A DNA stretch of 64,000 bases. Source: an uncultured delta proteobacterium (GTDB lineage Bacteria; Myxococcota; B64-G9). The position numbers were made by a program, and so were the translations under genes. Shown one piece after another: positions 50,112 to 60,703 of this stretch. The stretch lies in NCBI GenBank assembly GCA_963754925.1, contig CAVWHX010000001.1:192001-256000 (forward strand), written 5' to 3'. Within the stretch, counting starts at the first letter, position 1, and each line of letters begins with the position of its first letter. The notes below the pieces were generated by a model that saw only the letters and a list, made by a program, of their open reading frames with translations, searched no databases and was not told the origin of the DNA.

Positions 50112-50140
50112 AAATTAGCACCCGTGCTAACACATGTCAA
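50112..50140 (-). promoter_or_regulatory. alaS sigma70 promoter with overlapping palindrome
   Basis: Minus strand TTGACA-N17-TAATTT, with TTAGCAC-N2-GTGCTAA at 50115-50130. Confidence 0.6.
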
Positions 50141-50218
50141 CTGAACATAGATCGCTACACCAGGGCATTCCCGCCCACGACGGAACGATCGGTATATTTT
50201 TCCGTAACGATGACGGGG

Positions 50219-50548
50219 CTATTTTTTCGAGGATGAAGGTGTTTCGCCGGACTTAGAATCTGTTTTTTGTGCAGAATCCTTCGAGGAGTCAGTTTTGGAG
50301 TCGACCTTGGAATCAGTCCTGATATCACTTTTGGATTCAGTCTTTTTACTTCGAGCGGCCGCATTTGTTGAACGGGCGTAATCGGTGACGTACCAGCCGG
50401 TGCCTTTGAGTTGAAACGAGGAGGTAGAAATTAATTTGTGAAGTTTTCCTCCACACTTTTTACATTTTTCTAAAGGTTTTTCCGAAAACCTCTGGAGTTG
50501 CTCAAATTCGTCACCGCACTTCGTACAAACATATTCATAAATCGGCAT
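50219..50548 (-). CDS. FmdB-family zinc-ribbon protein
   Basis: [12 protein letters not shown]...CKKCGG...[13 protein letters not shown]. Confidence 0.93.
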   Translation of the reverse strand: MPIYEYVCTKCGDEFEQLQRFSEKPLEKCKKCGGKLHKLISTSSFQLKGTGWYVTDYARSTNAAARSKKTESKSDIRTDSKVDSKTDSSKDSAQKTDSKSGETPSSSKK

Positions 50549-50848
50549 CTCGCCAATCCTCCATCAAAATTCAAAAAAAATATAGGCCCTGATTGCTTAG
50601 ATGTCAAGGTCACTAAGCTATAGGTAACGGGCCAGTTAGAGGCTTAATCATACCCACCAACAAGCGATACTACCGGAATACAGAGGTACTGATAAATACA
50701 GTGCTTTCATTTCGTTATGCCTATGAGCTGTGAAGTAATGAATTTGACAACCTTGTATTCACATGCAAAACTGTACCAGTAGTTACGCTGAACTTTATGC
50801 CGTGATCACCATCGTACCTTAGTTGAGGGTTCTTACGGGACACGTTCA

Positions 50849-51791
50849 ATGAATGGAAGAATTCTCGTCGTTGACGACGACCCCATCAACCGCAAGGCGG
50901 TGGCTGCTGCCTTAACAAAAGCCGGCCATGAAGTGGTCGTCGGGGCCGACGGCCAAGAAGCTCTAGCACGCCTCCGGGAAGGCAGATTAGATTTGATTGT
51001 CATGGATGTTCAAATGCCTGGGCTGGGAGGCAGAGAAGTCTGTCGCATTATAAAAAGCAACAAAAGTTTTGGATTCATACCTGTAATCTTGATGACTTCG
51101 ACCGACGATGTTCAAGTTAAGGTTGAAGGATTGGAGATAGGGGCTGATGATTTCTTGTTCAAGCCGCTCAATTGGCTTGAGTTGAGCGCGCGGGTTAAAG
51201 TTATGCTGCGCCTCAAAAAGATGCAAGATCAGTTGAACGAAGCCAACGAGGATTTAAGGAAAAAAAACGAACAGTTGAATGAATTATCAACCACTGACGC
51301 CCTGATGGGAATATACAACCGCTTGTTCTTCCAGAATCGGATATCTTACGAGTTCCAACGGGCCCAACGTTACAATAAACCGTTGTCGCTGTTAATCATC
51401 GGATCTTGACCATTTTAAACAGATAAACGATCAGCATGGGCACCTTTTCGGCGATCTTATCTTAAAACAGCTTGCCACCATGCTACGTACGAGTGTCCGC
51501 GAGGTCGATTTCTTGGCCCGGTACGGAGGGGAAGAGATTGTCGTGATCTGCCCTGAAACCGATAGTAACGGCGCCATGAATCTCGCCGAGCGGATCCGAT
51601 CAGATGTTGAAAAGCACGAGTTTGGAGATGAAAAACAGAAAACCAACATCACGGTGAGTCTTGGCCTAGTCGAAGTGCCGAACGAGCAAATCAACAATGT
51701 ATCTGATATGTTAAGGGCAGCTGATGAAGCCCTGTACCGTGCCAAGGCCGCCGGTCGAAATTGCTTTCGCCATGCTTTTTCGAAGGATTGA
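50849..51791 (+). CDS. REC-GGDEF diguanylate cyclase (frameshift near 51400)
   Basis: Intact receiver (VVDD, MD, FKP), TTDALMGIYNR, DHFKQINDQHGH, RxxD I-site (REVD) and RYGGEE. Confidence 0.92.
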
Positions 51792-51825
51792 TGCTGTTAT
51801 AAAAGCTCTCGTTGTTCCCAGCGCT

Positions 51826-54201
51826 TTAGTGAGGATCCGCACAGCAACGTAAGCCGACGTCGTCTTTTTGAGAGGTTGGCGCAAGGTTGCCTCGAGCAGC
51901 GCATCGCGCAGCCCAATTTGGTCTCGAAAAGGAACCTCCCCGTAGGGCGTTATCACCCTCCCCGGGACTACTGGTCCATTCGCTGGCATTGCCACTCATG
52001 TCGAAAACCCCAAATGGGCTTGTGCATTTTTCGTACTTCCCCGATGGCGCAATCGAACGATTCCTGCCGTTGCCGTCTCTCGTATTGCAGATATCCGGAT
52101 CAAAATGATCGCCGTACGGAAAGCTGCGGCTGCCGCCGCCGTTACAGGCATACTCCCACTCTTCCTCGGTACACAGCCGCTTGCCTCTCTTCTTGCATAG
52201 TTGTTCGGCTTGGGAATACGACACACCCACCAGGGGGGTGGTTTTCGGTTCGTTGGGGTATTCATAGCGATCAACACAAAAAGCCTGCATGTTCATGCTG
52301 TGCAGCTTGTCCTCGCCAAAGTTCCGCAACGGATCGTTGATGGCACTTCCGAGCAGCGCTTTTCCAGCTGGAATTTCAACCATGCCGGGCATACAGTCCT
52401 TTTTAGTATCGTTGGCGGCGCCCGTCACCGGAGAATGACTATCGGTTTCAGAGCGTACTTCGGAACCAAGCTTGTCGTTGGCTGACTTTTGTTCCCGGTC
52501 AGTTCCATCCGGTTTCCCTGGAAGCTTTTGTGCGTCGCCGGGCTGGTTCTGGCTGCGCTTGTGTTCCGCAGCGGCAGCCCACGGCATCTCCTGGCAATTC
52601 GCAGCACGATCGGGTGCGCAAAAGCCGGCATACATAAGTAAGTCACCGGCCTGATGAGCGTCGGTGGCAGGATTGGTTCCTGCCCCGTTGGAGTTAACAT
52701 GATCCATTTTCCGCAACGCTTGTTGCGCTGATTCTAATTGGGTTTGAAGGGAATGGATGTACCTTTCCAAGAGGAACCCGCCAATAATCAACACCGCTAC
52801 TATCACCCCATGCACCAGATACCATATGAGCCGCACGGTGGATCGGTTAGCTGCAGCGGTGTCAGCTAACGGAGGCTTAGAAGGAATCGCACGGAGAGCT
52901 TCCGGCGCTTCAGACTGAGCGGCAACTGGAAGGGTAATGGGTAGCGCCAACGGCACATGCACCGTATCGGATGGTGGAGGCGCAGACGGTTGCTGAGGCT
53001 TCGCAGTAGGTGGTGGTTCTGTAGGCGGCGCAGCCACCGCTACGTCCGGAGATGGGGCTTTTACACTCGGCATCGTCGGCGGGTGTGGGTCGCCTGCTAT
53101 AGCCGATTCGCGAACGTCGATGCCAGGAGAAGTTTTCCTGCGTTTGGAGGGAAGCACGGGCGGAACGGAAGCTGCCGAGCGCGCTGGCGCTGGACGGGGC
53201 GGCGCCTTGTCCGGCCGAACGCCGCCGATAGCGCGGTGTAATTCATCAAAGAATTCGTGTACCGTTTGCGTGCGTTGGGCCGGATTTTGGCGAAGTGTTT
53301 TATTGAGCAACGGTGCGAGAGTCTTGTGTTCCTCGGGCAACGGCGGCAGCAGCGCCTGGGAGCCTTCGTAGATCTTGCCGGTCAGTATCTCGCATAGGAT
53401 TACGCCCAACGAGTAGGTATCGGCCGTCGGTCCTATCGTAATGGTTGAATCGCGGGACCTAATTTCCGGGGCGAGGTACGAACCGCGGTTGGCAAAGCCC
53501 ATTTGTGCGATGACGAAATTCTTTTGCGGAAGAGCCATAAACATGCCGAAGTCGGTTATCATCAGGGTGTTCGGCAGGATGATGATGTTGTCGGGCTTGA
53601 GATCGCCATGAACCATAATCCGATGCGCCCGCCCCAATACCTGACATAGGTGCGAGAAGATCGGCTCAATTTCCTTTTTGAGGAATTGTTGGTTTTTTTC
53701 CTTACGGAGCTTAATGATCTTGCGCAGGCTCAGGCCCTCGAGCAGCTGCATGGTGATGAAGATCGTGTCGTTTATTTGGTTGCAATCATAGATTCGCGCC
53801 ACGTTAGGATGATTCAGCTTGCGCGACGTACGAATTGCGGCCAAGAAACGCTTGCTCTCTTCGTGATCGGTTAGAAGGGTTGGAGAAATTACTTTCAGGG
53901 CCACATCAAAATCATCTTTCGTGTCGTGCGCGCGGTAGACGGTCCCAATCGGGCCAACGCCCAACACGTCACGAATTTCGTACCGGTCAACCAGCAGCTC
54001 ACCGATTCTCAAGGTGGCGCCGATATCTTCAAGCGTTTTTCTGGTGAGCCGAGGAGTTACCTTTACCTCAGCGGCGGTTCCACTCTTGGATAGTCTTTTA
54101 GAATCGACAAACTGCTGACCACACTGCTTGCAAGACAAACTGCCATCTGGATTATAGCTGCCGCAACGGTAACACAGCACGGGAGGTGCTCCTTGGCTCA
54201 A
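51826..54201 (-). CDS. Zinc-ribbon + Ser/Thr protein kinase + TM + FGE-sulfatase (SUMF1) domain protein
   Basis: CYRC..CKQC, VALK, HGDLKPDN, DFG, APE, TM segment, RLCTEEEWEYAC, DMSGNASEW and GLRCC motifs. Confidence 0.9.
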   Translation of the reverse strand: MSQGAPPVLCYRCGSYNPDGSLSCKQCGQQFVDSKRLSKSGTAAEVKVTPRLTRKTLEDIGATLRIGELLVDRYEIRDVLGVGPIGTVYRAHDTKDDFDVALKVISPTLLTDHEESKRFLAAIRTSRKLNHPNVARIYDCNQINDTIFITMQLLEGLSLRKIIKLRKEKNQQFLKKEIEPIFSHLCQVLGRAHRIMVHGDLKPDNIIILPNTLMITDFGMFMALPQKNFVIAQMGFANRGSYLAPEIRSRDSTITIGPTADTYSLGVILCEILTGKIYEGSQALLPPLPEEHKTLAPLLNKTLRQNPAQRTQTVHEFFDELHRAIGGVRPDKAPPRPAPARSAASVPPVLPSKRRKTSPGIDVRESAIAGDPHPPTMPSVKAPSPDVAVAAPPTEPPPTAKPQQPSAPPPSDTVHVPLALPITLPVAAQSEAPEALRAIPSKPPLADTAAANRSTVRLIWYLVHGVIVAVLIIGGFLLERYIHSLQTQLESAQQALRKMDHVNSNGAGTNPATDAHQAGDLLMYAGFCAPDRAANCQEMPWAAAAEHKRSQNQPGDAQKLPGKPDGTDREQKSANDKLGSEVRSETDSHSPVTGAANDTKKDCMPGMVEIPAGKALLGSAINDPLRNFGEDKLHSMNMQAFCVDRYEYPNEPKTTPLVGVSYSQAEQLCKKRGKRLCTEEEWEYACNGGGSRSFPYGDHFDPDICNTRDGNGRNRSIAPSGKYEKCTSPFGVFDMSGNASEWTSSPGEGDNALRGGSFSRPNWAARCAARGNLAPTSQKDDVGLRCCADPH

Positions 54202-54439
54202 TTATCGTAAGTAGTGGACAATGCTCGTATCGCCATCCGATCAGGCAACGACCCTTAATCATACACATCCACCTAGACGGTACATACGTACGGGTACTTC
54301 CTTCACCGAGCCCAAACTTTCTGACAATAGTCTAGTCGGTCATGTTACTTTTTGCAAATGTTGAAACGTTAATAAGGCAGGTTTTCGCAGGCAACATTCT
54401 GGAAAGAGCGGACTGTTGGGTTGCAATTGTTTGGCACTA

Positions 54440-54886
54440 TCACCGCCCGGTGGAACCAAAACCGCCATCGTCTCTGGTCGAGCTCGGCAGCTCATTGACT
54501 AGTTGCCAGGCTGCGTGAATCACCGGGCCAATTACGAGTTGCGCGATTCTATCTCCACGCTGTACGGTCACTGGCGTATCACCCAGGTTGATCAGCAGAA
54601 CACCTATCTCGCCGCGGTAATCGCAGTCGATTGTCCCCGGGGCATTAGCCACCGTCAATCCAAAGCGCTTGGCCAGTCCACTGCGTGGACGAACTTGGGC
54701 TTCCAAGCCTTCGGGCAAGGCGATCATATACCCGGTCGGTATCAACGCGCGGTCGCCCGGTTGAATAACGAGGTTCTGCTCAAGTGCCGCCTGAAGATCC
54801 ATGCCGGCCGATCCCGGTGTTTGGTAGGTGGGGAGGGGGAGATCCCGAGAATGCGGGAGGCGCTTGATAGCGACATTAATTCCCAT
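54440..54886 (-). CDS. dut: dUTPase
   Basis: AGMDL, RPRSGLA, GTIDCDYRGE and GGFGSTG motifs. Confidence 0.98.
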   Translation of the reverse strand: MGINVAIKRLPHSRDLPLPTYQTPGSAGMDLQAALEQNLVIQPGDRALIPTGYMIALPEGLEAQVRPRSGLAKRFGLTVANAPGTIDCDYRGEIGVLLINLGDTPVTVQRGDRIAQLVIGPVIHAAWQLVNELPSSTRDDGGFGSTGR

Positions 54887-54931
54887 ACCTAAACGTACTC
54901 TTTATAAAAGCCCTCTATGAGGTTTCAGGCC

Positions 54932-57032
54932 TTAAGGTTGCTGGTTAAGAGCTTCTTTGCGTGAGAGACGGATCTTTCCCTGACGGTCGATTCCCACGAC
55001 CTTGACGAGTACTTCATCGCCTTCGCGCAAGACATCGGTAACCTTTTCCACTCGTTTATCGGACAGCTCGCTGATATGCAGCAATCCGTCGGTTCCCGGA
55101 AAAATCTCACAAAAGGCTCCAAAATCGGTAATGCGCCGCACCGTGGCCATGTATAACTTACCGACTTCAGCCTCCTGGGTGAGTTCGTTGATTATCTTGA
55201 TTGCCTGTCGGGTGGCTTCGGGATTGTTGGATCCCACACGCACGGTGCCGTCATCTTCGACATCGATGGAACAACCGGTCCTGGCGACGATATCTTTTAT
55301 AACACGGCCGCCGGGGCCAATGATGTCTTTGATGCGCTCGGGTTTAACCTGCAGGGTGGTGATGCGCGGCGCATAGGGGCTGAGGTCAGGACGGGGGGCC
55401 GGCAAGGCCTTGGCCATTTCGCTTAACACGTGAAGTCTGGCTTCGCGGGCCTGATTCAGTGCGCGCTCGAGCACCTTCTGATCGACGCCGCTAATTTTGA
55501 TGTCCATTTGGATGGCGGTGATGCCGTTGTTCGTTCCGGCTACCTTAAAATCCATATCGCCGAGATGATCTTCATCGCCGAGAATATCGGTCAGGATATG
55601 AAACTGGTTGTCCTCCTTGATGAGCCCCATAGCCACGCCGGCCACCGGGTTGGTGATTTTCACGCCTGCGTCCATCAGCGATAGACAGCCGCCACAAACG
55701 GTTGCCATTGAGGAAGAACCATTCGATTCCAAAATATCGGAGACCACTCGAATGGTATACGGAAAACCATCATGATTGGGCAGCACACTTTTCAGGGCGC
55801 GTTCGGCCAGGGCGCCGTGACCAATCTCGCGACGGCCAGGCCCGCGTATGGGGCGCACCTCGCCGACCGAAAACGACGGGAAATTGTAATGGAGCATGAA
55901 ATGCTTATGGAACTCGGCTTCTAAGTTCTCGATCAGCTGTTCATCCTGAGAAGTGCCGAGGGTGGTCGTTACAATCGCCTGGGTTTCACCGCGGCTAAAG
56001 AGCGCCGAACCATGCGCGCGGGGCAGGACACCGACCTCGCAGGTTATCGGCCGCACCACGTCGAGTTTTCGACCATCGAGGCGCCTGCCCTGTTTGGCAA
56101 TAGTACCGCGGACTAATTGGCGCTTGAGCTGCTCGATTTCTTCGAAGACATTGAGTTCGAGGTCGTCCAATTCAGGAAGCTTTTCGCCAACCTTGGCCAG
56201 GGCCTCTTCGGCCAAACGATCGAAGAATTGGTTGCGCGCCTGCTTCTCGGGGTAGTTGTAAACATCTTGTAGGTGCTCTTCAAGCCAGGGGCGAATCAGA
56301 GAGCTCAGTTCCGGTGGTATATGACGGGGCGTAAACTGACGCTTCGGTTTTCCGACCTGGGCGACAATCTCCTCTTCGGCCACGATAATCGGTTGGCAGT
56401 GTTCAAAGGCGAACAGCAACGCCGTTATTATTTCTTTTTCGCTCATGTCCTTAGCTTCGCCCTCGACCATACAAATTGCTTCACGGGTGGCTGAGACGAC
56501 CAGGTCGAGAGCACTTCGTTCGAGTTGCTTGAAGGTCGGGTTGATAACGAGCTGTCCGTCCACATGCCCCACCCGCACGGTGGCTAGGGGGCCTTGAAAG
56601 GGGATGTCTGAAAGAGAAACGGCCAACGAGGTGCCGATCGAAGCCAGGATATCAGGTGGGTTGAGCGGGTCGGCGGAAAGCACCATGGCTTGCACCTGCA
56701 CCTCGGTGTTAGAACGCTTTCGGAAATAACGGCCGAATGCCGCGATCCATGATGCGACAGGTAAGAATCTCGGTCTCGGTTGGCCGGCCCTCACGTTTGA
56801 AGAAGCCGCCGGGAATCTTTCCGGCCGCCGAAGATTTTTCTCGGTAGTCGACGGTCAACGGAAGGAAGTCCGGCGTACCCTCCTTTGCCTTCTTGGCGGC
56901 GACAGCGGCAATCAGAACCACCGTCTCGCCAAGGCGAACCAAACAGGAGCCATCCGTTTGACGGGCGACGCGCCCCACGTCTAAGGTGATCTCTTGGTCA
57001 CCAATAGGAACACGCTTAATGATAGGTTTCAT
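54932..57032 (-). CDS. pnp: Polynucleotide phosphorylase (frameshift near 56715)
   Basis: [30 protein letters not shown] and GDMDFKVAG motifs, with KH and S1 domains. Confidence 0.97.
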
Positions 57033-57150
57033 CGTTTGAACCTTTCTCTCGTAGAGCAAAGACGGTCTTGTAAAGATATTACTTGAGGGACCGTTCCCGT
57101 AATCGAAACCCTAGGTGACCCAAAGACGGTGGCACTTGGTATGCAAACGA

Positions 57151-57220
57151 GAGCGATTAGTTCTTGGTCTTTCGTCTCCAGCCTCAGGGTTCGAGAGGAA
57201 AGATCGAGAACCAATTGCTC
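57151..57220. promoter_or_regulatory. Long imperfect stem-loop in the rpsO-pnp intergenic region (RNase III-site candidate)
   Basis: GAGCGATTAGTTCTTGGTCTTTC pairs with GAAAGATCGAGAACCAATTGCTC (19 of 23 positions Watson-Crick). Confidence 0.6.
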
Positions 57221-57278
57221 CCTGCCAAACCTCCGCGTACCGGATACCGTACCGGATGCGTCTAGGGAAAGCCTCCTT

Positions 57279-57548
57279 TTATTTTCGGATGCCCAACTTG
57301 TTTATAATAACGCGATACCGTTCTTCATCGTGGTGCCGTACGTAATCTAACAGGCGCCGGCGTTTGCTGACCAACATCAAAAGACCCCGCCGAGAGTGAT
57401 GATCTTTCTTATGAGCCTTGAAATGGTCCGTCAAGTAAGAGATTCGCGCGGTAATCAGGGCTATCTGAACTTCAGGTGAACCGGTGTCTTTGTCATGAAT
57501 TTTATGTTGTCCGATAATATCGGTTTTTTCGCCCGGCTTGAAAGTCAT
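57279..57548 (-). CDS. rpsO: 30S ribosomal protein S15
   Basis: [11 protein letters not shown]...[11 protein letters not shown]. Confidence 0.99.
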   Translation of the reverse strand: MTFKPGEKTDIIGQHKIHDKDTGSPEVQIALITARISYLTDHFKAHKKDHHSRRGLLMLVSKRRRLLDYVRHHDEERYRVIINKLGIRK

Positions 57549-57625
57549 CTTTGGGGATCCTCCTCATTTTCAAAATAAGTCATCTACATACCGTAGATTG
57601 CGCGGAGCCTATTCTTTTCTTCTTG

Positions 57626-58582
57626 TTATGTCAATACTTTTTCACCGGCGCGCGACCGAAAGGGGTACAGCACCCGCAGAATCTTCATTCCGGCTTCGCC
57701 GCTATCGTTGCTTCTGAGTTCTGCAAGCACATATACGTCCTTGGTAACCGGCCGAAAACAGACCACCGGTGCTCTTGTCGATTGAAGACCAAGTGCGGCG
57801 AGCTCGGCTCCAGATAGGACCTGTCCATGGCCGAGTTTGGCTCCGTACTCGGTGCTGACCTCAACGGTTAGGAAGCGCGCGAGCACCTGTTCGAGCGGAA
57901 TGATAACGTCTGCCAGGGTGCTTCGCTTCAATTTCTCAAGAGAAATAGCGTCTTCGAGACAGTACCCGGCCGCTTCGGTCCGTGTCAGCTCCCGGAGATG
58001 TCCAACGGTTCCAAGAACTCGAGCCAGCCCATCCGCGAGCGTACGGATGTACGTACCGGCACTGCAGACAATATCTAGCTTAATCCAGTCGTTTCCGTGT
58101 TCGATCATTTCTATGCTGCCGATGCGAACTTTTCTTGAGGGGCGCGCAACGTCAATTCCCTCGCGGGCTAGTTCGTACAGGCGCCGTCCCCGATGGTGGA
58201 TAGCCGAATACATCGGCGGGATTTGCGTGATTTCGCCTTTAAAATTCTCAAGAGCTGCAGTAATCTGTTCGTTGCTGAGAACCGGCAGCGGCTTGCGGTC
58301 AACCTCTCGGCCGGCGGCATCGAAGGTATCGGTGGCTTGGCCCAGGGCAACGGTCGCCAGGTAATGTTTGTCCGTTGCGGATAGATACGAAAGTATTTTT
58401 GTAGCTTCCCCCAAAGCAATGGGCAATAACCCGGTGGCGAGAGGGTCGAGCGTGCCCGCGTGCCCGACCTTGAGGGGATGGACCAGGCGCTTGATTTGAT
58501 CCACCACATCGAACGAGGTGCAGCCGCTCGGCTTGTCGATCAACACCACGCCAGGGGGCAAGAAACGGTTCGCGGGGTTCAT
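57626..58582 (-). CDS. truB: tRNA pseudouridine(55) synthase
   Basis: KVGHAGTLDPLATG, PPMYSA and GTYIRTL motifs. Confidence 0.98.
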   Translation of the reverse strand: MNPANRFLPPGVVLIDKPSGCTSFDVVDQIKRLVHPLKVGHAGTLDPLATGLLPIALGEATKILSYLSATDKHYLATVALGQATDTFDAAGREVDRKPLPVLSNEQITAALENFKGEITQIPPMYSAIHHRGRRLYELAREGIDVARPSRKVRIGSIEMIEHGNDWIKLDIVCSAGTYIRTLADGLARVLGTVGHLRELTRTEAAGYCLEDAISLEKLKRSTLADVIIPLEQVLARFLTVEVSTEYGAKLGHGQVLSGAELAALGLQSTRAPVVCFRPVTKDVYVLAELRSNDSGEAGMKILRVLYPFRSRAGEKVLT

Positions 58583-59907
58583 TCGTTTAAACTGGCTTCG
58601 ACCGCTTGGTAAATTCGCTCGCGTATCTCCTCCAGCGTTCCTTTGAGGTTGCAGCCGGCGGCATTGGCGTGACCGCCGCCGCCGAATTGCTCGGAGATTT
58701 CGGCGACGTTCACTTGTCCACGCGAACGGAAACTGACCTTGTAGACATATGCCCCGATTTCGCGAAATTGAATGGCCACTTCGACGCCTTCGATCCCTCG
58801 CGGATAGTTGATAAATCCATCGATCTCCGCCTCTGTCGAGCCGGTTTTCGTAAACATCTCTTGGGTTATGACGATCGAGCCATAACGACCGCTGCTGTCC
58901 ACCTCAAGCGTCGACAGGACTAAGGCAAGGAGACGGAGCCGGCTTATAGGTTGCGATTCGTAAACTTGTAACGCAACTTCCCAAGGGTCAACGCCGCGCT
59001 GAAGCATCCGCGCGCAGGCGGACATAGTTGCCGGACTGGTATTGGAGTACCTAAAGGAGCCGGTATCGGAAAGGATCGAAGTGTAGATGCACTCGGCGAG
59101 CTCGACGGAGATCTCAATTTCCATGTATTGGCACAACCGATCGATGAGCTCACCCACTGAGGACGCGGCCGGATCGACCAGATAGGCCTTCCCCAGCGGC
59201 GTGAGGGTGCGGTGGTGGTCGATGCTGATCAAGGTGCCCAATCGCTCGGCCGGGGGCAGGGGGCCAAGGCGATCGAGATCGCTGCAATCGAGGATTACTG
59301 TGGCGTCAAAAGGTTCTTCACCGGGTTGGCGCCTGACCTCTCCGGCGCCCGGGAGGAACTGGTAATTGCTCGGGACCGGATCAGGATTGTAGATTACGGC
59401 TTCCTTGCCAAGGGAGGTGAGGAGATGGCCCATCGCCAGCATTGAGGCAACGGCGTCGCCGTCGGGGTTTTTGTGGCTGGTGATGAGAAAACGCCGGGAT
59501 GCTTTGAGGGCGCGGGCGACTTCTTCAACGGATCCGCGCGGCCGGGTCGGATCGTCCCAACCCTCTTGTTTGCGCACTTCCGAAAGCAAGCGCTCAATGC
59601 GATCGCCCGTGTCGAGACTTTGATCGTAGCGGAAGCTGAGTTCGGGGATGATTTTGAGGTGAAGGCGTTTCCTCAAGGTATTTCTGATGAATCCCGCGGC
59701 GCTCTGCAGGCCCTCGCGCGATTGTTCGCGTTCCTGTTCGGTCCCGGGAGAGGAAAAAAACACAAAGGCCTGACTGAAATCGCGGGTGACCTCAACGCCG
59801 GTGATGGTGACAAACCCGATCCGCGGATCTTTGAGCCCTTTCAGCAGGAGGCCGCTGATTTCTTCTCCAATTTGATCCGCAATTCGCTGAAGACGATACG
59901 CAGTCAT
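58579..59907 (-). CDS. rbfA: RbfA fused to a DHH/DHHA1 (NrnA-type) phosphoesterase
   Basis: Residues 1-115 are RbfA (KDPRIGFVTIT, PELSFRYD). They are followed by HKNPDGD, IDHH, DTGSF, SFRS and GGGGHANAAG in the same frame. Confidence 0.9.
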   Translation of the reverse strand: MTAYRLQRIADQIGEEISGLLLKGLKDPRIGFVTITGVEVTRDFSQAFVFFSSPGTEQEREQSREGLQSAAGFIRNTLRKRLHLKIIPELSFRYDQSLDTGDRIERLLSEVRKQEGWDDPTRPRGSVEEVARALKASRRFLITSHKNPDGDAVASMLAMGHLLTSLGKEAVIYNPDPVPSNYQFLPGAGEVRRQPGEEPFDATVILDCSDLDRLGPLPPAERLGTLISIDHHRTLTPLGKAYLVDPAASSVGELIDRLCQYMEIEISVELAECIYTSILSDTGSFRYSNTSPATMSACARMLQRGVDPWEVALQVYESQPISRLRLLALVLSTLEVDSSGRYGSIVITQEMFTKTGSTEAEIDGFINYPRGIEGVEVAIQFREIGAYVYKVSFRSRGQVNVAEISEQFGGGGHANAAGCNLKGTLEEIRERIYQAVEASLNE

Positions 59908-60130
59908 GAAGGCAGAATCTAGTTCGTGAAACCAAGACTGTCAATCTTTGCTTGAAAGGCATGGGTTATCAAGATCATTTGCCAGCGGCCGAGTTTTTTC
60001 AGAAAATAGTATATTGACGCTCGATGATCCTTATGCTACATATTACCACATGTAGGATTGATGCATTCGCTAACTCCCACGTGATTCGAAGGATTAATTT
60101 TAGTGGCTATGCAATATTTTAGGAGTATCA

Positions 60131-60661
60131 ATGATAGATCAGGATGATCGAAAGGCGCTCCTTATCATCGATATGCTTAAAGATTTTATCGATAAGGGCG
60201 CTCCGCTGGAGGTTCCGGCGGGTCGGTGGGTAGTAGAAAACATCGCCGGCGAAATCCGCTATCACCGAGAGAAGAAACGCCCCATCATCTATATCTGCGA
60301 CCGGCATGAGCCAAACGATCCGGAATTTGAATACTGGCCGCCCCACGCCATTAAAGGTACACCAGGCGCAGAAATCATTGAAGCGCTTAATCCCCAACCA
60401 ACCGACTATATCCTTGAGAAGACCAGTTATTCTGCCTTTTTCCGAACTGATCTTGAGAAATTACTCAATGAGCTTGACATCGATGAAGTTCTTATCTGCG
60501 GGGTATTGACCAACATCTGTGTCCTTTACACGGCAGTGGACGCCCTCATGCGCGGCATCCGGGTGATCGTTCCGGAGACCTGTGTCGCGGCTTTGAATGA
60601 GGCGGATCATACGTGGGCCCTGCGACAGATAAACGAAGTTCTTAAACCCATCAGTCGATAA
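60131..60661 (+). CDS. Isochorismatase/nicotinamidase-family cysteine hydrolase
   Basis: IIDMLKDF, DRH, WPPHA, K..YSAF and TNICV motifs. A TTGACG-N17-TACATA promoter lies near 60014. Confidence 0.92.
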   Translation: MIDQDDRKALLIIDMLKDFIDKGAPLEVPAGRWVVENIAGEIRYHREKKRPIIYICDRHEPNDPEFEYWPPHAIKGTPGAEIIEALNPQPTDYILEKTSYSAFFRTDLEKLLNELDIDEVLICGVLTNICVLYTAVDALMRGIRVIVPETCVAALNEADHTWALRQINEVLKPISR

Positions 60662-60703
60662 CCGAGCTTCCTACCCCAACCAACCTATCGGATCATTGAG
60701 ACG

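Noticed and set aside
50115..50130. CIRCE/HrcA operator
   Set aside because: CIRCE is TTAGCACTC-N9-GAGTGCTAA. Here the arms are shorter, 2 bp apart, and no chaperone gene follows.
51826..52400. Diversity-generating retroelement target (FGE/CLec fold)
   Set aside because: No reverse transcriptase and no template repeat differing at adenines is visible in the window.
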